Assembly: GCA_046327955.1 (NCBI GenBank)
Contig: JAXLXP010000005.1
Location: 228,136 to 292,135 of the forward strand
Length of the DNA stretch: 64,000 bases
Origin: Candidatus Binatia bacterium
GTDB taxonomy: Bacteria > Desulfobacterota > Binatia > DP-6
Reading direction: 5' to 3'
Part shown: piece after piece, positions 18,639 to 28,197 of the stretch
Layout: every line of letters begins with the position of its first letter
Numbering within the stretch: the stretch's first letter is position 1
The notes under the pieces: generated by a model
The model's database searches: none
Told to the model about the DNA's origin: nothing
What the model saw: the letters and a program-made list of their open reading frames with translations, nothing else
Translations under genes and position numbers: made by a program

Positions 18639-20198
18639 ATGAAACCCATGCATCACCGGTCGCTTCGATGGCTGCTCGTCGTCGCTGCGCTCCTGGCCTC
18701 GACCGGGGCGGCCTCGTCGGGCGTGCGTCCGATCACCGGGAAGCTCCCCGGCGCCGGCTACTCGGTGATCGCGATCGGATACAACGGCAAGGCGACCACG
18801 TCGGCCGCGCGATCGTTCCGCATCGTCCCGCCCGATTCGCGCGTGACGCTCCATCTTCGCGACGGGAATGGAAAGTACGCGGGCCCGATCGTGGTCGGCG
18901 GCTCGGCGAGTCGCGCGATCATCGGCGTGCGCGCCGGAGCGAAGCTCGGCCGCATCAAGATCCTCGGTGGCTATGGACGCGCGCGCGTGCCGGCGCGACT
19001 TCGCGACGCGGAACGCGTGGCGCAGGCGGTGGGCGGTGTCCCCCTCGGGAACGGGCGCAACTTCGGGCTGGTGCGTTCGACGGCGCAGAGTTCGGCCGGC
19101 CCGGGTCTCGACCAGGATGGCGACGGCGTGCCGGATGCGCTCGACATCGACGCGAACGGCGATCTGGTGCTGAACGCCCTCGACCGCTCGCCGGCGAGCG
19201 CGGCGCGGACCACGAGCGGCGAGCCGCTCCCCCCGACGTTCTCCAACTTCTCGCAGCTCTTTCTGACCGTCGACCAGACCGTCAACGCGGACGCGGCTGC
19301 GGTCACCGACGCCGCCATCGATCAGGTCGTCGCCGACCGCCTCAGCCTGGTTCTCCTGAACGTCCCGGCCGCCACCGACCTCGACTGCGGGCACCTCGCC
19401 TACTGCTCGGCCGGTGGCACCGGGCAGGTCGAGTCCACGACCGGGCCACCGGGACCCGGCACCCCGTTCCCCGGGTGTTGCGACGCCGACGGCGACGGCA
19501 TCGGCACGATGCCGCTCAACGCGACCGGCGAGTTCCGCCTCGACCCGCATGCGACGAGCCGGCAGATCGGTTCGGGTGACACGTTCATCCTGCGCCAGAC
19601 GAGTGATGGGATGGTGAGCGAGGTCGCCGAGTCGCTCAACTTCGTGTTCACCACGACCCCCGCCGTGCAGTCGTGGCAGGACGGATCGGGTGCTTCCGGG
19701 ACGATCACGTATCCCGCGGCTGCCGCCGCCCCGGGGACGCAGGCGAACCCGATTCCGCTCGCCGCCGACGGGAGCGGCCACTACGTCGTCACGCTGACGC
19801 TGTGGCGCCCACAGCGGCGGGCGATCTCGGACGCCGGCGAAGGCGAGGGGTACATCGACATCGGCGGCCTCGACTACGAGGCGAACGTGCCGAACGTGCC
19901 GGGTCGACCGCCAGGTGCGGCGACGTCTCCGCAGTGTCCGGCTGCCGCGCTCTCCAGCGCGGACGCCAACCTGACGATCATCGACGGTCCGGCCGGCGGT
20001 CACGCGACCGACGGTGCCCCGTCGGTGCCTGCCGACCCCGCCAACACCCTGACGTTCACCGTCGATCTGTCGACCTGTGCGACGCTCAAGGGCGGCACGC
20101 TCGGCTCCGGCGACACGTTGAACATGGACATCGCGGCCAACGCGCCGTCGCCCTCGCACGACCACGCGAACCAGATCGTCTACGTGCGGATGCAGTAG
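18639..20198 (+). CDS. Secreted hypothetical protein (Asp/Gly-rich, possibly Ca-binding)
   Basis: SD GAGAGGGA, then ATG. Signal peptide MKPMHHRSLRWLLVVAALLASTGAASS. DQDGDGVPDALDIDANGD thrombospondin-type-3/Ca-binding-like motif. Confidence 0.65.
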   Translation: MKPMHHRSLRWLLVVAALLASTGAASSGVRPITGKLPGAGYSVIAIGYNGKATTSAARSFRIVPPDSRVTLHLRDGNGKYAGPIVVGGSASRAIIGVRAGAKLGRIKILGGYGRARVPARLRDAERVAQAVGGVPLGNGRNFGLVRSTAQSSAGPGLDQDGDGVPDALDIDANGDLVLNALDRSPASAARTTSGEPLPPTFSNFSQLFLTVDQTVNADAAAVTDAAIDQVVADRLSLVLLNVPAATDLDCGHLAYCSAGGTGQVESTTGPPGPGTPFPGCCDADGDGIGTMPLNATGEFRLDPHATSRQIGSGDTFILRQTSDGMVSEVAESLNFVFTTTPAVQSWQDGSGASGTITYPAAAAAPGTQANPIPLAADGSGHYVVTLTLWRPQRRAISDAGEGEGYIDIGGLDYEANVPNVPGRPPGAATSPQCPAAALSSADANLTIIDGPAGGHATDGAPSVPADPANTLTFTVDLSTCATLKGGTLGSGDTLNMDIAANAPSPSHDHANQIVYVRMQ

Positions 20199-20272
20199 GC
20201 CCGGACGCGGCGCGTGTTGCGCAGCCATCGACGCGGCGTCGGCCGTCGCGTACAAGACTCCCCGGATCGTCG

Positions 20273-21289
20273 ATGAGCCGGACCCACAAGCGCATCATCG
20301 TCTGCCGCCGGGGTGGACCACAGGTGCTCCGCCTCCACGAGGAGCCCGTGCCGGTGCCGCGGCCCGGCGAGGTCCGCGTCAAGGTGCTGGCGGCGGGCGT
20401 CGCCTTCGCGGACGTGCTGATGCGCGAGGGCCTGTACCCCGGCACGCCGCGGCCCCCCTTCACACCGGGCTACGACGTTGCCGGCGTGGTCGACGGCGAC
20501 GCGCCGGGGTGGAGCGCCGGGCAGCCGGTTGTCGCCCTCACGCGGGTCGGCGGCTATGCCGAGTACGTGTGCGTCCCCGAGGCCAGCCTCGTCCCGGCGC
20601 CGGCCGGTCTCGATCCCGCCGAGACCGTGAGCCTCGTCCTCAACTACCTGACCGCGTACCAGATGGTGCATCGCATGGCGCGCCTCACCGCGGGCGAGCG
20701 CATCCTGATCCACGGCGCGGGCGGCGGGGTCGGTACCGCGCTCCTCGAGCTCGGCAGGCTCGCGCGGCTCGAGACGTACGGCACCGCCTCGCGCCGCAAG
20801 CACCCGCTCGTCGAGTCGCTGGGCGGCGTCGCCATCGACTACCAGGCGACCGACTTCGTCGCGCGCATCCGCGAGCTCACCGGGGACGGGGTCGACGCGG
20901 TCTTCGACGCGGTCGGCGGCAAGCAATGGCGCCGCTCCTACCAGGCGCTGCGCGGCGGCGGCCGGCTGATCGGCTACGGTTTCTCTGCCGCCACGACGGG
21001 CGGCCGGCGCGACCTGCGGAAGGCTCTGCTCGCGGTCGTGCAGATGCCGCGCTTCGCGCCGCTGTCGATGATGGACGTGAACAAGCAGGTCGCCGGGTAC
21101 AACGTCGATCGCCTGCGGGCACAGCGCCCCGAGTGGTACCGCGCCGACCTCGCCGCGCTCGTCGAGATGCTGGCGTCGCATCGCGTCCGACCGGTGATCG
21201 CTGCCCGTTTGCCGCTCGCCGAAGCGCAGCGTGCGCACGAGATGATCGGCGCTGCCGAGGCATCGGGGAAGATCGTCCTGGTCAACTGA
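20273..21289 (+). CDS. Zn-dependent/medium-chain dehydrogenase-reductase family quinone oxidoreductase
   Basis: MDR superfamily (GxGxxG as IHGAGGGVGTA; EVRVKVLAAGV; ...ASGKIVLV C-terminus). Confidence 0.85.
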   Translation: MSRTHKRIIVCRRGGPQVLRLHEEPVPVPRPGEVRVKVLAAGVAFADVLMREGLYPGTPRPPFTPGYDVAGVVDGDAPGWSAGQPVVALTRVGGYAEYVCVPEASLVPAPAGLDPAETVSLVLNYLTAYQMVHRMARLTAGERILIHGAGGGVGTALLELGRLARLETYGTASRRKHPLVESLGGVAIDYQATDFVARIRELTGDGVDAVFDAVGGKQWRRSYQALRGGGRLIGYGFSAATTGGRRDLRKALLAVVQMPRFAPLSMMDVNKQVAGYNVDRLRAQRPEWYRADLAALVEMLASHRVRPVIAARLPLAEAQRAHEMIGAAEASGKIVLVN

Positions 21290-21310
21290 AGCGCGCATCC
21301 CGGCCGGGTC

Positions 21311-22843
21311 TCACCGCCGGTCGAGCCACCGCTCCGCGTTGCGCAGCGCGAGCGCGATGATCGTCTCCTGCGGGTTCACGCCGATCGACGACGGCAGCAG
21401 GCTCGCGTCGGCGACGACCAGCCCCGCGACGTCGCGCACGCGACCGGCGGCGTCGGTGGCGCCGCGTGCCGGGTCGGTCGCCATGCGGGCGGTGCCCATG
21501 ATGTGGACGGTCATGAGCTCGATCGTGTCGGCGACGCGCGGCCGCGCATGGACGCGCGCGATCTCGCCAGGGTCGCCGAGCCGCGGCAGGTCGGCGAACG
21601 GGAGCAGGACCTCGCGCGCGCCGGCGGCGAAGAGCAGCTCGGCGGTGAGCGCGACGCCGCGGTGGATGCGCTCGACGTCGGCGGGCAGCAGCGACTGCAC
21701 CAGGTAGGGCTGCCGGTCGAGACCCATGACGACGCGGCCCTCGCCCTCGTCCTCGACGAGCGGCGCCGCGGTGAGCATGTGGTTGTAGCGCGCCATCCGC
21801 TCGGCGTGCTCCGTCCCCATGCCGGGAATCGCGCCGGCGAGCAGCCCGGGCGGCACTGCGGCATAGCCGATGAGGATCCCCTCATCGAGGAACTTGTGGA
21901 TGTGGAACGCCTGGTGCGTGCCGGCCCACGCGTCGATCCGCTGCGCGAAGATGCCGACGCACTTGGCGTTCGGGTGCGTGTGCAGCCCGCGGCCGATCTG
22001 GCGCGCGCGCAGCCGGCTGCGCTTGAGAATCCCGGGCGTGTGGCGCGCCCCCGCCGCCAGCACGACGAGCGGTGCACGCACCTCGAAGCGGTGGCGCCGC
22101 CGCCCGTGCGCGCCGACGAGCCAGCCGCGCACGCCCGCCGCGCGCCCGCCGCGGAAGAGCACGCGCTCGACGCGCGCGTCGGTGACCAGCGCCGCGCCGG
22201 CGTGGAGCGCGCGCGGCACCTCGGTGACGTGCATGGCCTGCTTGGCGCCCGTCGGACAGCCGAGCGCGCAGTTGTTGAGCCCGACGCAGCGGCGCATGTT
22301 GCGCGGCGCGCGCGCCAGCGGCCAGCCGAGGGCGCGGGCGCCGGCGGCGAAGAGGTGGGTGTTCTGCCCGAACGTGTCCTCGGCGTTCGGCTCGACGTGC
22401 AGGATGCGCTCGGCGGCGGCGAAGTAGGGCTCCATCGCCTGCGGTCCGGTGCCGTCGAGGCCGAGGTCCCGCTCCCAGTGCTCGAGCACCTTGGCGGGTG
22501 TGCGCCACGACATGCCGCCGTTGATGACGGTCGAGCCGCCGACGCAGCGGCCCTCGGCGAAGAGGATCGGCGGCCTGCCGAAGATCATCGACGTGCCGGC
22601 GTCGCGGTAGAGGCGCTGGATCATCGTCGCCGGATCGGTGGAGAAGCTCTCGACGCGGTGCAGGCCGCCCTCCTCGAGCAGGAGCACGTCGAGCCCCGCA
22701 TCGCGGAGCCGGGCGGCGGTGGTGGCGCCGCCCGCGCCCGTGCCGACGACGACGGCGTCCGCGGTCCAGGTCGTGGCGCGGCCGAGGGCCGCGCCGACCG
22801 TCACGTTCGGATACGTGAGCGCGCGTTCAGGCGGGACGTTCAT
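21311..22843 (-). CDS. GMC-family FAD-dependent oxidoreductase
   Basis: N-terminal FAD-binding GTGAGG. GMC C-terminal active-site region (...HIMGTARMATDP...). The six-frame ORF extends to 23077, but the real start is M79 (22843). Confidence 0.85.
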   Translation of the reverse strand: MNVPPERALTYPNVTVGAALGRATTWTADAVVVGTGAGGATTAARLRDAGLDVLLLEEGGLHRVESFSTDPATMIQRLYRDAGTSMIFGRPPILFAEGRCVGGSTVINGGMSWRTPAKVLEHWERDLGLDGTGPQAMEPYFAAAERILHVEPNAEDTFGQNTHLFAAGARALGWPLARAPRNMRRCVGLNNCALGCPTGAKQAMHVTEVPRALHAGAALVTDARVERVLFRGGRAAGVRGWLVGAHGRRRHRFEVRAPLVVLAAGARHTPGILKRSRLRARQIGRGLHTHPNAKCVGIFAQRIDAWAGTHQAFHIHKFLDEGILIGYAAVPPGLLAGAIPGMGTEHAERMARYNHMLTAAPLVEDEGEGRVVMGLDRQPYLVQSLLPADVERIHRGVALTAELLFAAGAREVLLPFADLPRLGDPGEIARVHARPRVADTIELMTVHIMGTARMATDPARGATDAAGRVRDVAGLVVADASLLPSSIGVNPQETIIALALRNAERWLDRR

Positions 22844-23255
22844 CGAGGAGCTGGGCGCGACGGCGGGTGAGGGCGGTGGCGCGGCCGGCCCAGTCCACCT
22901 CCAGGTGCGCGAGCACGGTCGGGTGCTGATAGAAGGCGAGGAACACGAGGGTGCGCAGCCCGAGCACGAGCGCGGCGAAGGGTCCGCCGAGCGTGTGGAG
23001 GTGCTCGAGGTAGCGCTGCGCGTCGGCGGGCGGCATGCGCGTGAAGCGGCGCCACCCGCCACCGAGCGCCGGGGCACCGAGCTCGATCAGCAGCAGGCCG
23101 AGCGGGAACGAGCGCCGCAACGGCGCGGGGAGGTAGGGGAAGAAGCGGTCGACGTCGCGCAGCACGTCGGCGTCGATCGGCTGGTCGAAGCCGTGGCCGC
23201 GCGGACGGATGGCGGCGATCGTCGCGGCGAGGATGCGGGTCGTGAGACGGCTCAT
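22827..23255 (-). CDS. Small partner subunit of GMC oxidoreductase (gluconate 2-dehydrogenase subunit-3-like), hypothetical
   Basis: Sits directly upstream of, and overlaps, the GMC gene start. N-terminal MSRLTTRILAATIAAIRP resembles Tat-type signals of this subunit family. Weak. Confidence 0.4.
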   Translation of the reverse strand: MSRLTTRILAATIAAIRPRGHGFDQPIDADVLRDVDRFFPYLPAPLRRSFPLGLLLIELGAPALGGGWRRFTRMPPADAQRYLEHLHTLGGPFAALVLGLRTLVFLAFYQHPTVLAHLEVDWAGRATALTRRRAQLLDERPA

Positions 23256-23332
23256 CGGCGGCTCGCTCCTGCCCATGCCACGAACGACGATGGATTGCAC
23301 CGGGCGCGCGGCGGCACGTATCATCCCGCCCC

Positions 23333-23926
23333 ATGGCGACTGCCGCGCGACGACTCCGCGAGCTGCTCGAAGCCCAGCCGCCCGACGCGGCCGCGATCCG
23401 CGCCTTCTTGGACGGCCTCTCCCACGCCGAACGGCTCGAGGCGATTCGCGCGCTCGGTGGCGCCGGGGTCCAGCGCCGGCTCTGGGAAGCGGCGAAGGAC
23501 GCGCCGCGCGTGACCCTCGATCAGCTCGTGCCGCGCGACGCGGGACCCCTGCGCGAGGTGATCTGGCACGGCAAGAACTCGCTGCCGGCGTTCACGCGCT
23601 TCCAGAAGCGGTTCTGTCGTCCGGCGCGCGGCGACGGCACGCTCTGGGGCTACAACGAGCAGCGGCTCGTGCGCGTCGTCGGGCCGGGCTACTTCGTCGT
23701 GCACGAGGACGCCACGCGCGGCGCCGCGATCGACTACCGCGAGGTCCCACCCCAGGGCGCACCGGGCTGGCCGCCGGTCACGCCGAACGACGCCGGCCTC
23801 TCGTACTTCGTGTACCGCGACATGGTGGACTACCTGCGCCGCGTGTCGGCGCACGTGTTGATCGGCCGCGCGACCAAGCACGGCAAGGACCTCGAGAACT
23901 ACTTCGTGCTCTGCCGCGAGCCGTAG
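23333..23926 (+). CDS. Hypothetical protein
   Basis: ORF with GC3-biased, non-Arg-rich composition (MATAARRLRELLEAQPPDAA...FVLCREP). No family recognised. Confidence 0.45.
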   Translation: MATAARRLRELLEAQPPDAAAIRAFLDGLSHAERLEAIRALGGAGVQRRLWEAAKDAPRVTLDQLVPRDAGPLREVIWHGKNSLPAFTRFQKRFCRPARGDGTLWGYNEQRLVRVVGPGYFVVHEDATRGAAIDYREVPPQGAPGWPPVTPNDAGLSYFVYRDMVDYLRRVSAHVLIGRATKHGKDLENYFVLCREP

Positions 23927-25093
23927 GCGGGTGCGGGGTGGTCGTCGCCGTCGAGCAGCCGGTCGCGCAGCGGCCGGTCGGCGGCCAGGTCGATCGCCGT
24001 CCAGGCCATCGCGAGCGCGCCCTCGAGCGTCGCGCGGTCGGCGGCGGGCGTCACGCAGTGGGCGGCGAACGCGGGCTGATGATTCACGGCCGGCAGCGAG
24101 TCGATGCCGATCAGCGGGTGGATCGCGGGGAGTGCGAGCGAGACGTTGCCCATGTCGGTCGAGCCCGCGCCGCGCTCGAGCGCCGGCCCGAGGTCCGGGA
24201 AGCGGCGGCCGAGCACCTCGGCGTTGCGGCGGTAGCAGGCGGCGATCGCCGGATCGTGGCGCACCTCGGCGTAGGGGGTGGCTCGGGCGCACGTCGAGCG
24301 TCGAGCCGGTGGCGAGCGCGCCCGCCTCGAAGCAGTGCTGGACCTTGGTGCGCACGTCGGCGAGGTCGGCGAGCGTCCGGGCGCGGATCATGTACGTGCC
24401 CGCGGTGTGTGCCGGGACGACGTTCGGTGCGTCGCCGCCGTGCGTGACGATCCCGTGCACGCGGTCGGTCGGGCGCAGGTGCTGGCGCAGCAGGCCGATT
24501 GCCGTCTGTGCCACGGTGAGCGCATCGGCGGCGTTGACGCCGAGTTCCGGGAAGGCGGACGCGTGTGCCTCCCGGCCGGTGAACCGCACGTCGAACTGCT
24601 CGAGCGCGAGGAACACGGGCTCGACGGCGTCGACCGGGGCCGGGTGGACCATCATCGCCGCATGGACGCCGGCGAACGCGCCGCGGTCGAGGAGGATCTT
24701 GCCGCCACCGTTCTCCTCGGCGGGGGTGCCCACGACGGTGACGGTGAGCCCGACGTCGTCGGCCACGCGGGCCGCGGCGACCGCGGCCCCGACCGCCATC
24801 GCGGCGATCAGGTTGTGGCCGCACGCGTGGCCGATGCCGGGTAGGGCATCGTACTCGGCGCAGATCGCCACGTGCAGCGGGCCCGTTCCGGCGCGGGCCA
24901 GGAACGCCGTCGGCAGACCGAAGGCGCGGCGTTCGACGCGGAACCCTGCCGCGTCGAGGTGCTCGCCGAGCCAGGCCGCCGCATGCTCCTCCTCGAAGCC
25001 GATCTCGGGGCGCGCGTGGATGCGGTGCGAGAGGGCGACCAAGGCGTCCCCCGCCGCGTCGAGGCGCTCGCGAGCCGCGGCCTTCGGGTCCAT
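23899..25093 (-). pseudogene. M20-family amidohydrolase (hippurate hydrolase/aminoacylase-like) carrying a -1/+1 frameshift in a C5 run (~24265-24280)
   Basis: N-terminal 270 aa (ATG 25093) show M20D motifs (HARPEIGFEE, ICAEYDALPGIGHACGHN, GTPAEE). The conserved C-terminus (YRRNAEVLGRRF...GSTDMGNVSL...) continues in another frame (ORF 23899..24264). The two join at agccaCCCCCtac. Confidence 0.7.
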
Positions 25094-25105
25094 GGCGGTT
25101 GGCTA

Positions 25106-25942
25106 TCACGCCCGGGCGGACGCGAGCCAGACCGCGGCGAGCATCAAGGCGCCGCCGACCAGCGTGTGCGGCGCGGGCACCGCGCCGAGCCACGCGGCTT
25201 CGCAGATCGCTGCGGTGATCACGCTCGCCGCGGCGGCGAGGCTGCCGGTCGTCGGCGTCGTGAAGCCGAGCCCGTGGTGGAGGAGCCACTGTCCCACGGC
25301 CGAGGTGACGATCATCACGGCGAGCGCGGCCACGACCGGGGTCGAGAGGGGCGGCACCCCCCCGACCAGCGACGGCGCGGTGACCAGCGCACCGACCGCC
25401 ATGAAGTAGAGCGTGATGACGGACGCCCGTTCCGTCCGGCGCAGGAGCCCCGCGGTGGTCACCGCACCGCCCGCGAGGATCGCGGCGCCGAGCGCGAACA
25501 GCGCCCCGCGTACGACGTCGGGTCCGAGGCGTGCGCCCGGCCCGATCACGATCGCCACGCCGGCCAGATCGAGCACGAGCGCGACCAGGACCGGCACCGT
25601 CACCCGTTCGCGCAGGATGGTCCCGGCGATGAGCGCCGTGAACACCGGGTGCGTGTTCTGCACGAGCGTGGCCACTGCCGCGCCGGCGTCGCGAATGCCG
25701 ACGAAGTAGCAGACGATCGCCGCCGCCCCGATGAGACCGCGCAGCACGAGCGCGCCGATCGAGGCCGTCCGCGGTCCGAGCCCGCCGCCGCGGCTCCCGA
25801 TCAGCAGCACGAGGAAGGAGCCCACGAAGCGGATGCCCGCGATCTGCATCGCGGACAGCGCGGGGCCGACGCAGCGCACGGCCACCGCCATCACGCCGAA
25901 ACAGACCGAGGCGAGCAGGATCGGACCGGCGCCGCGCATCAT
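25106..25942 (-). CDS. DMT-superfamily (EamA-like) transporter
   Basis: Ten predicted hydrophobic helices with duplicated EamA-like halves. Confidence 0.8.
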   Translation of the reverse strand: MMRGAGPILLASVCFGVMAVAVRCVGPALSAMQIAGIRFVGSFLVLLIGSRGGGLGPRTASIGALVLRGLIGAAAIVCYFVGIRDAGAAVATLVQNTHPVFTALIAGTILRERVTVPVLVALVLDLAGVAIVIGPGARLGPDVVRGALFALGAAILAGGAVTTAGLLRRTERASVITLYFMAVGALVTAPSLVGGVPPLSTPVVAALAVMIVTSAVGQWLLHHGLGFTTPTTGSLAAAASVITAAICEAAWLGAVPAPHTLVGGALMLAAVWLASARA

Positions 25943-25990
25943 CGCCGGCCCTCCTTACCGGAGCGCTCCCGCCGGGGGAATCTCGGGTGC

Positions 25991-26010
25991 CGGAATTCCA
26001 CATGGAATTC
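25991..26010. promoter_or_regulatory. Tandem GGAATTCC palindromic boxes (GGAATTCCACATGGAATTCC) in a divergent promoter
   Basis: AT-enriched 20-mer in an otherwise >70% GC intergenic region between the DMT transporter (minus) and the LuxR response regulator (plus). Each 8-mer is self-complementary. Confidence 0.35.
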
Positions 26011-26054
26011 CACCTCGGTTGACGCCGGTGGGCGGGGGGCGGGATAGTCCGCCG

Positions 26055-26714
26055 ATGCCTGCGGCGGCGCCGTACCGCGTCGTGGTGGTCGAGGACCACC
26101 CGATTTTTCTCGAGGGGCTCGTGCGATGCCTCGACGCCGAGGAGGATTTCACGGTGGCCGCGCAGTTCACCGACGGGCGCCTCGATGCGGCCGCGGTCGC
26201 CGCCGCGGCGCCCGATCTCGTGCTGATGGACGTCGAGCTGCCGGGAGAGAGCGGGGTCGACGTCACCCGCCGCCTGCGGGCGGCGCTGCCGGGCCTGGCG
26301 GTCGTCATGCTCACCGCGTTCGCCGACCAGGACCTCCTGTTCGCCGCGACGCAGGCCGGGGCGCGCGCGTACGTCCTCAAACACACGCCGATCCCCGAGA
26401 TGGTCGAGACCCTGCGCCGCGTGCTGGCCGGCGAGCCGTCGCTGAGCCCGGCGCTCGCATCCCGGGCGCTGCGCGAGTTCCAAGCGCGGCGGGGTCGTGC
26501 GCGCGACCCGCGGCTCGATCTGCTGTCGGTCCGCGAGGAGGAGGTGCTGCGTCTCCTCGCGACGGGCGAGACCAACCGGCAGATCGCCACGCGGCTCTCC
26601 GTGAGCGACGAGACGGTCAAGTCGCACGTGGCCGCGATCTTCCGCAAGCTCGAGGTGTCGGACCGCACGCGGGCCGCGGTCCTTGCCGTGCGCGCCGGGC
26701 TGGTCGACCGGTAG
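26055..26714 (+). CDS. LuxR/NarL-family two-component response regulator
   Basis: Receiver domain (VVVVEDHPIF...LMDVELPGESG...). C-terminal LuxR HTH (EEEVLRLLATGETNRQIATRLSVSDETVKSHV). Confidence 0.9.
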   Translation: MPAAAPYRVVVVEDHPIFLEGLVRCLDAEEDFTVAAQFTDGRLDAAAVAAAAPDLVLMDVELPGESGVDVTRRLRAALPGLAVVMLTAFADQDLLFAATQAGARAYVLKHTPIPEMVETLRRVLAGEPSLSPALASRALREFQARRGRARDPRLDLLSVREEEVLRLLATGETNRQIATRLSVSDETVKSHVAAIFRKLEVSDRTRAAVLAVRAGLVDR

Positions 26715-26719
26715 GTCGC

Positions 26720-28191
26720 TTGGCGCTTCCTGCGGTGCCCCCCCGCCTCGCGTGGCTCCGGTTCCTGAACGTCCCGCTGACGCTCGTCGGCTTCGCGGGT
26801 TTCCGGAGCGGGGACGTGCTCGCCTACGTCGTGCTCACGGTGCTGCTCACGGCCGAGTGGCCGTTCTGCATCCAGCTCGCCGAGGGCGTGGAGGTCTATC
26901 TCCCCGTGACGTGGAGCGCCGCGGCGGCCGCCTACGTGCTCGGGCCGATGATCCTGCCGGTCGTGTTCGTGGCCGCGACGGCCGGATTCTTTCTCGTCGC
27001 CGCCCTCGATGGCATGCAGATCGTCGAGGCGAAGGGCCTCGCGGGCGAGGCGCTGCGGCGCCTGCGCGGGCTGCCGTCCGCGCCGGGCAGTCACATCGAC
27101 GGGCTGCTGCGGCAGTTCGTCTACCTGAGCGGTCATGCGGTGCGCGTCGCGCTCGCGTGGGCGTTGCCCGAGGCGTGGGGGTTCTTCGGCCGCGTGGCGG
27201 CGGCGGAATTGGGGGCGCAGCTGTGGGTCCGCGCGATCCCGATCGCGGGGCAGATGGCGGAGGCGCGCGTGCAGGGGCGCTTTGCGGCTGCGCTCGGCCT
27301 CGAGGCCCTGTTCGCGACCCGGATCCTCCACGTCGCCGTCGTGGCGGCGCTGCTGCTCGCGTACCGCGAGGGGGGCCTTGCCGCGTTCGTCGTGGCGAGC
27401 CTGTCGACCATCGCGTTGCACGTGATCCTCCACGGGCTCAACCAGACGAGGGTCGAGAGCGAGCGCCGCCGCCTCGAGCTGGCGGCGATGCGGGAGGAGC
27501 TCGATCGTCGCGAGCGGTTGGCCGCCATCGGCCAGACCGCGTCGACGATCTTCCACCAGATCGGTCGCCAGCACGGGGTCATCGGCATGTTCGCGCACCT
27601 GCTCGCGCGTGACCCGGGCCCGGCGGGCGAGGACGTCGCCGGCTGGCGGGCGCAGGTCCGGGCGCACGCGCAGCGCATCCTCGGCAGCGTCGAGGAAGCC
27701 AACCGGGTCATCGACGAGCTGCGGCGCTTCAGTGAGGACCGCGCGCTCAACCTCTACGCGCACGCCGTCGTGGCACTCGCCGAGGAGTGCGTCGCGGAAT
27801 GCCTGCCCCGGGCACGCCGCACCGGGGTCAGCGTTCGCGTGACGGCGCCCGCCGACGCGCTGGTGCTCCTCGACAAGCACAAGCTCCGGCAGGCGCTCGG
27901 CAACCTGATCGACAACGCGATCGATGCGTCGCCGCCTGGCGCCGTGGTGGAGCTCGGGGTCGTCGTCGAGGCCGCGCGCGTGGTCCTGCGCGTGCGGGAC
28001 CACGGGACCGGCGTGGCGCCGCACGTTCGCGCGCGGCTCTTCACGCCCTTCTGCACGACCAAGCGGGACGGGATCGGCCTCGGCCTCGCGCTGGCACGGA
28101 GATCGTCGAGGCGCACGACGGGACGATCTCCTGGATGGCCGCCGACCCGGGCACGACGTTTCAGATCTCGCTGCCGCGCGCGCCGCGCTGA
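26720..28191 (+). pseudogene. Membrane sensor histidine kinase with an apparent 1-nt frameshift near 28105
   Basis: HisKA (ERLAAIGQTASTIFHQIGRQH) and HATPase (LGNLIDNAIDAS, DHGTGVAP, GIGLGLALAR) motifs. The last ~30 aa (EIVEAHDGTISWMAADPGTTFQISLPRAPR*) lie in frame +1 (ORF 27787..28191). The junction ctggcacgGagatc lacks one G. Start TTG 26720 or GTG 26735. Confidence 0.65.
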
Positions 28192-28197
28192 GCGGCG

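Noticed and set aside
20199-20272. Short inverted repeat cgacgcGgcgtcg after the secreted protein gene
   Set aside because: The loop is too short (1 nt) for a stable hairpin, and such GC palindromes occur by chance at this GC content.
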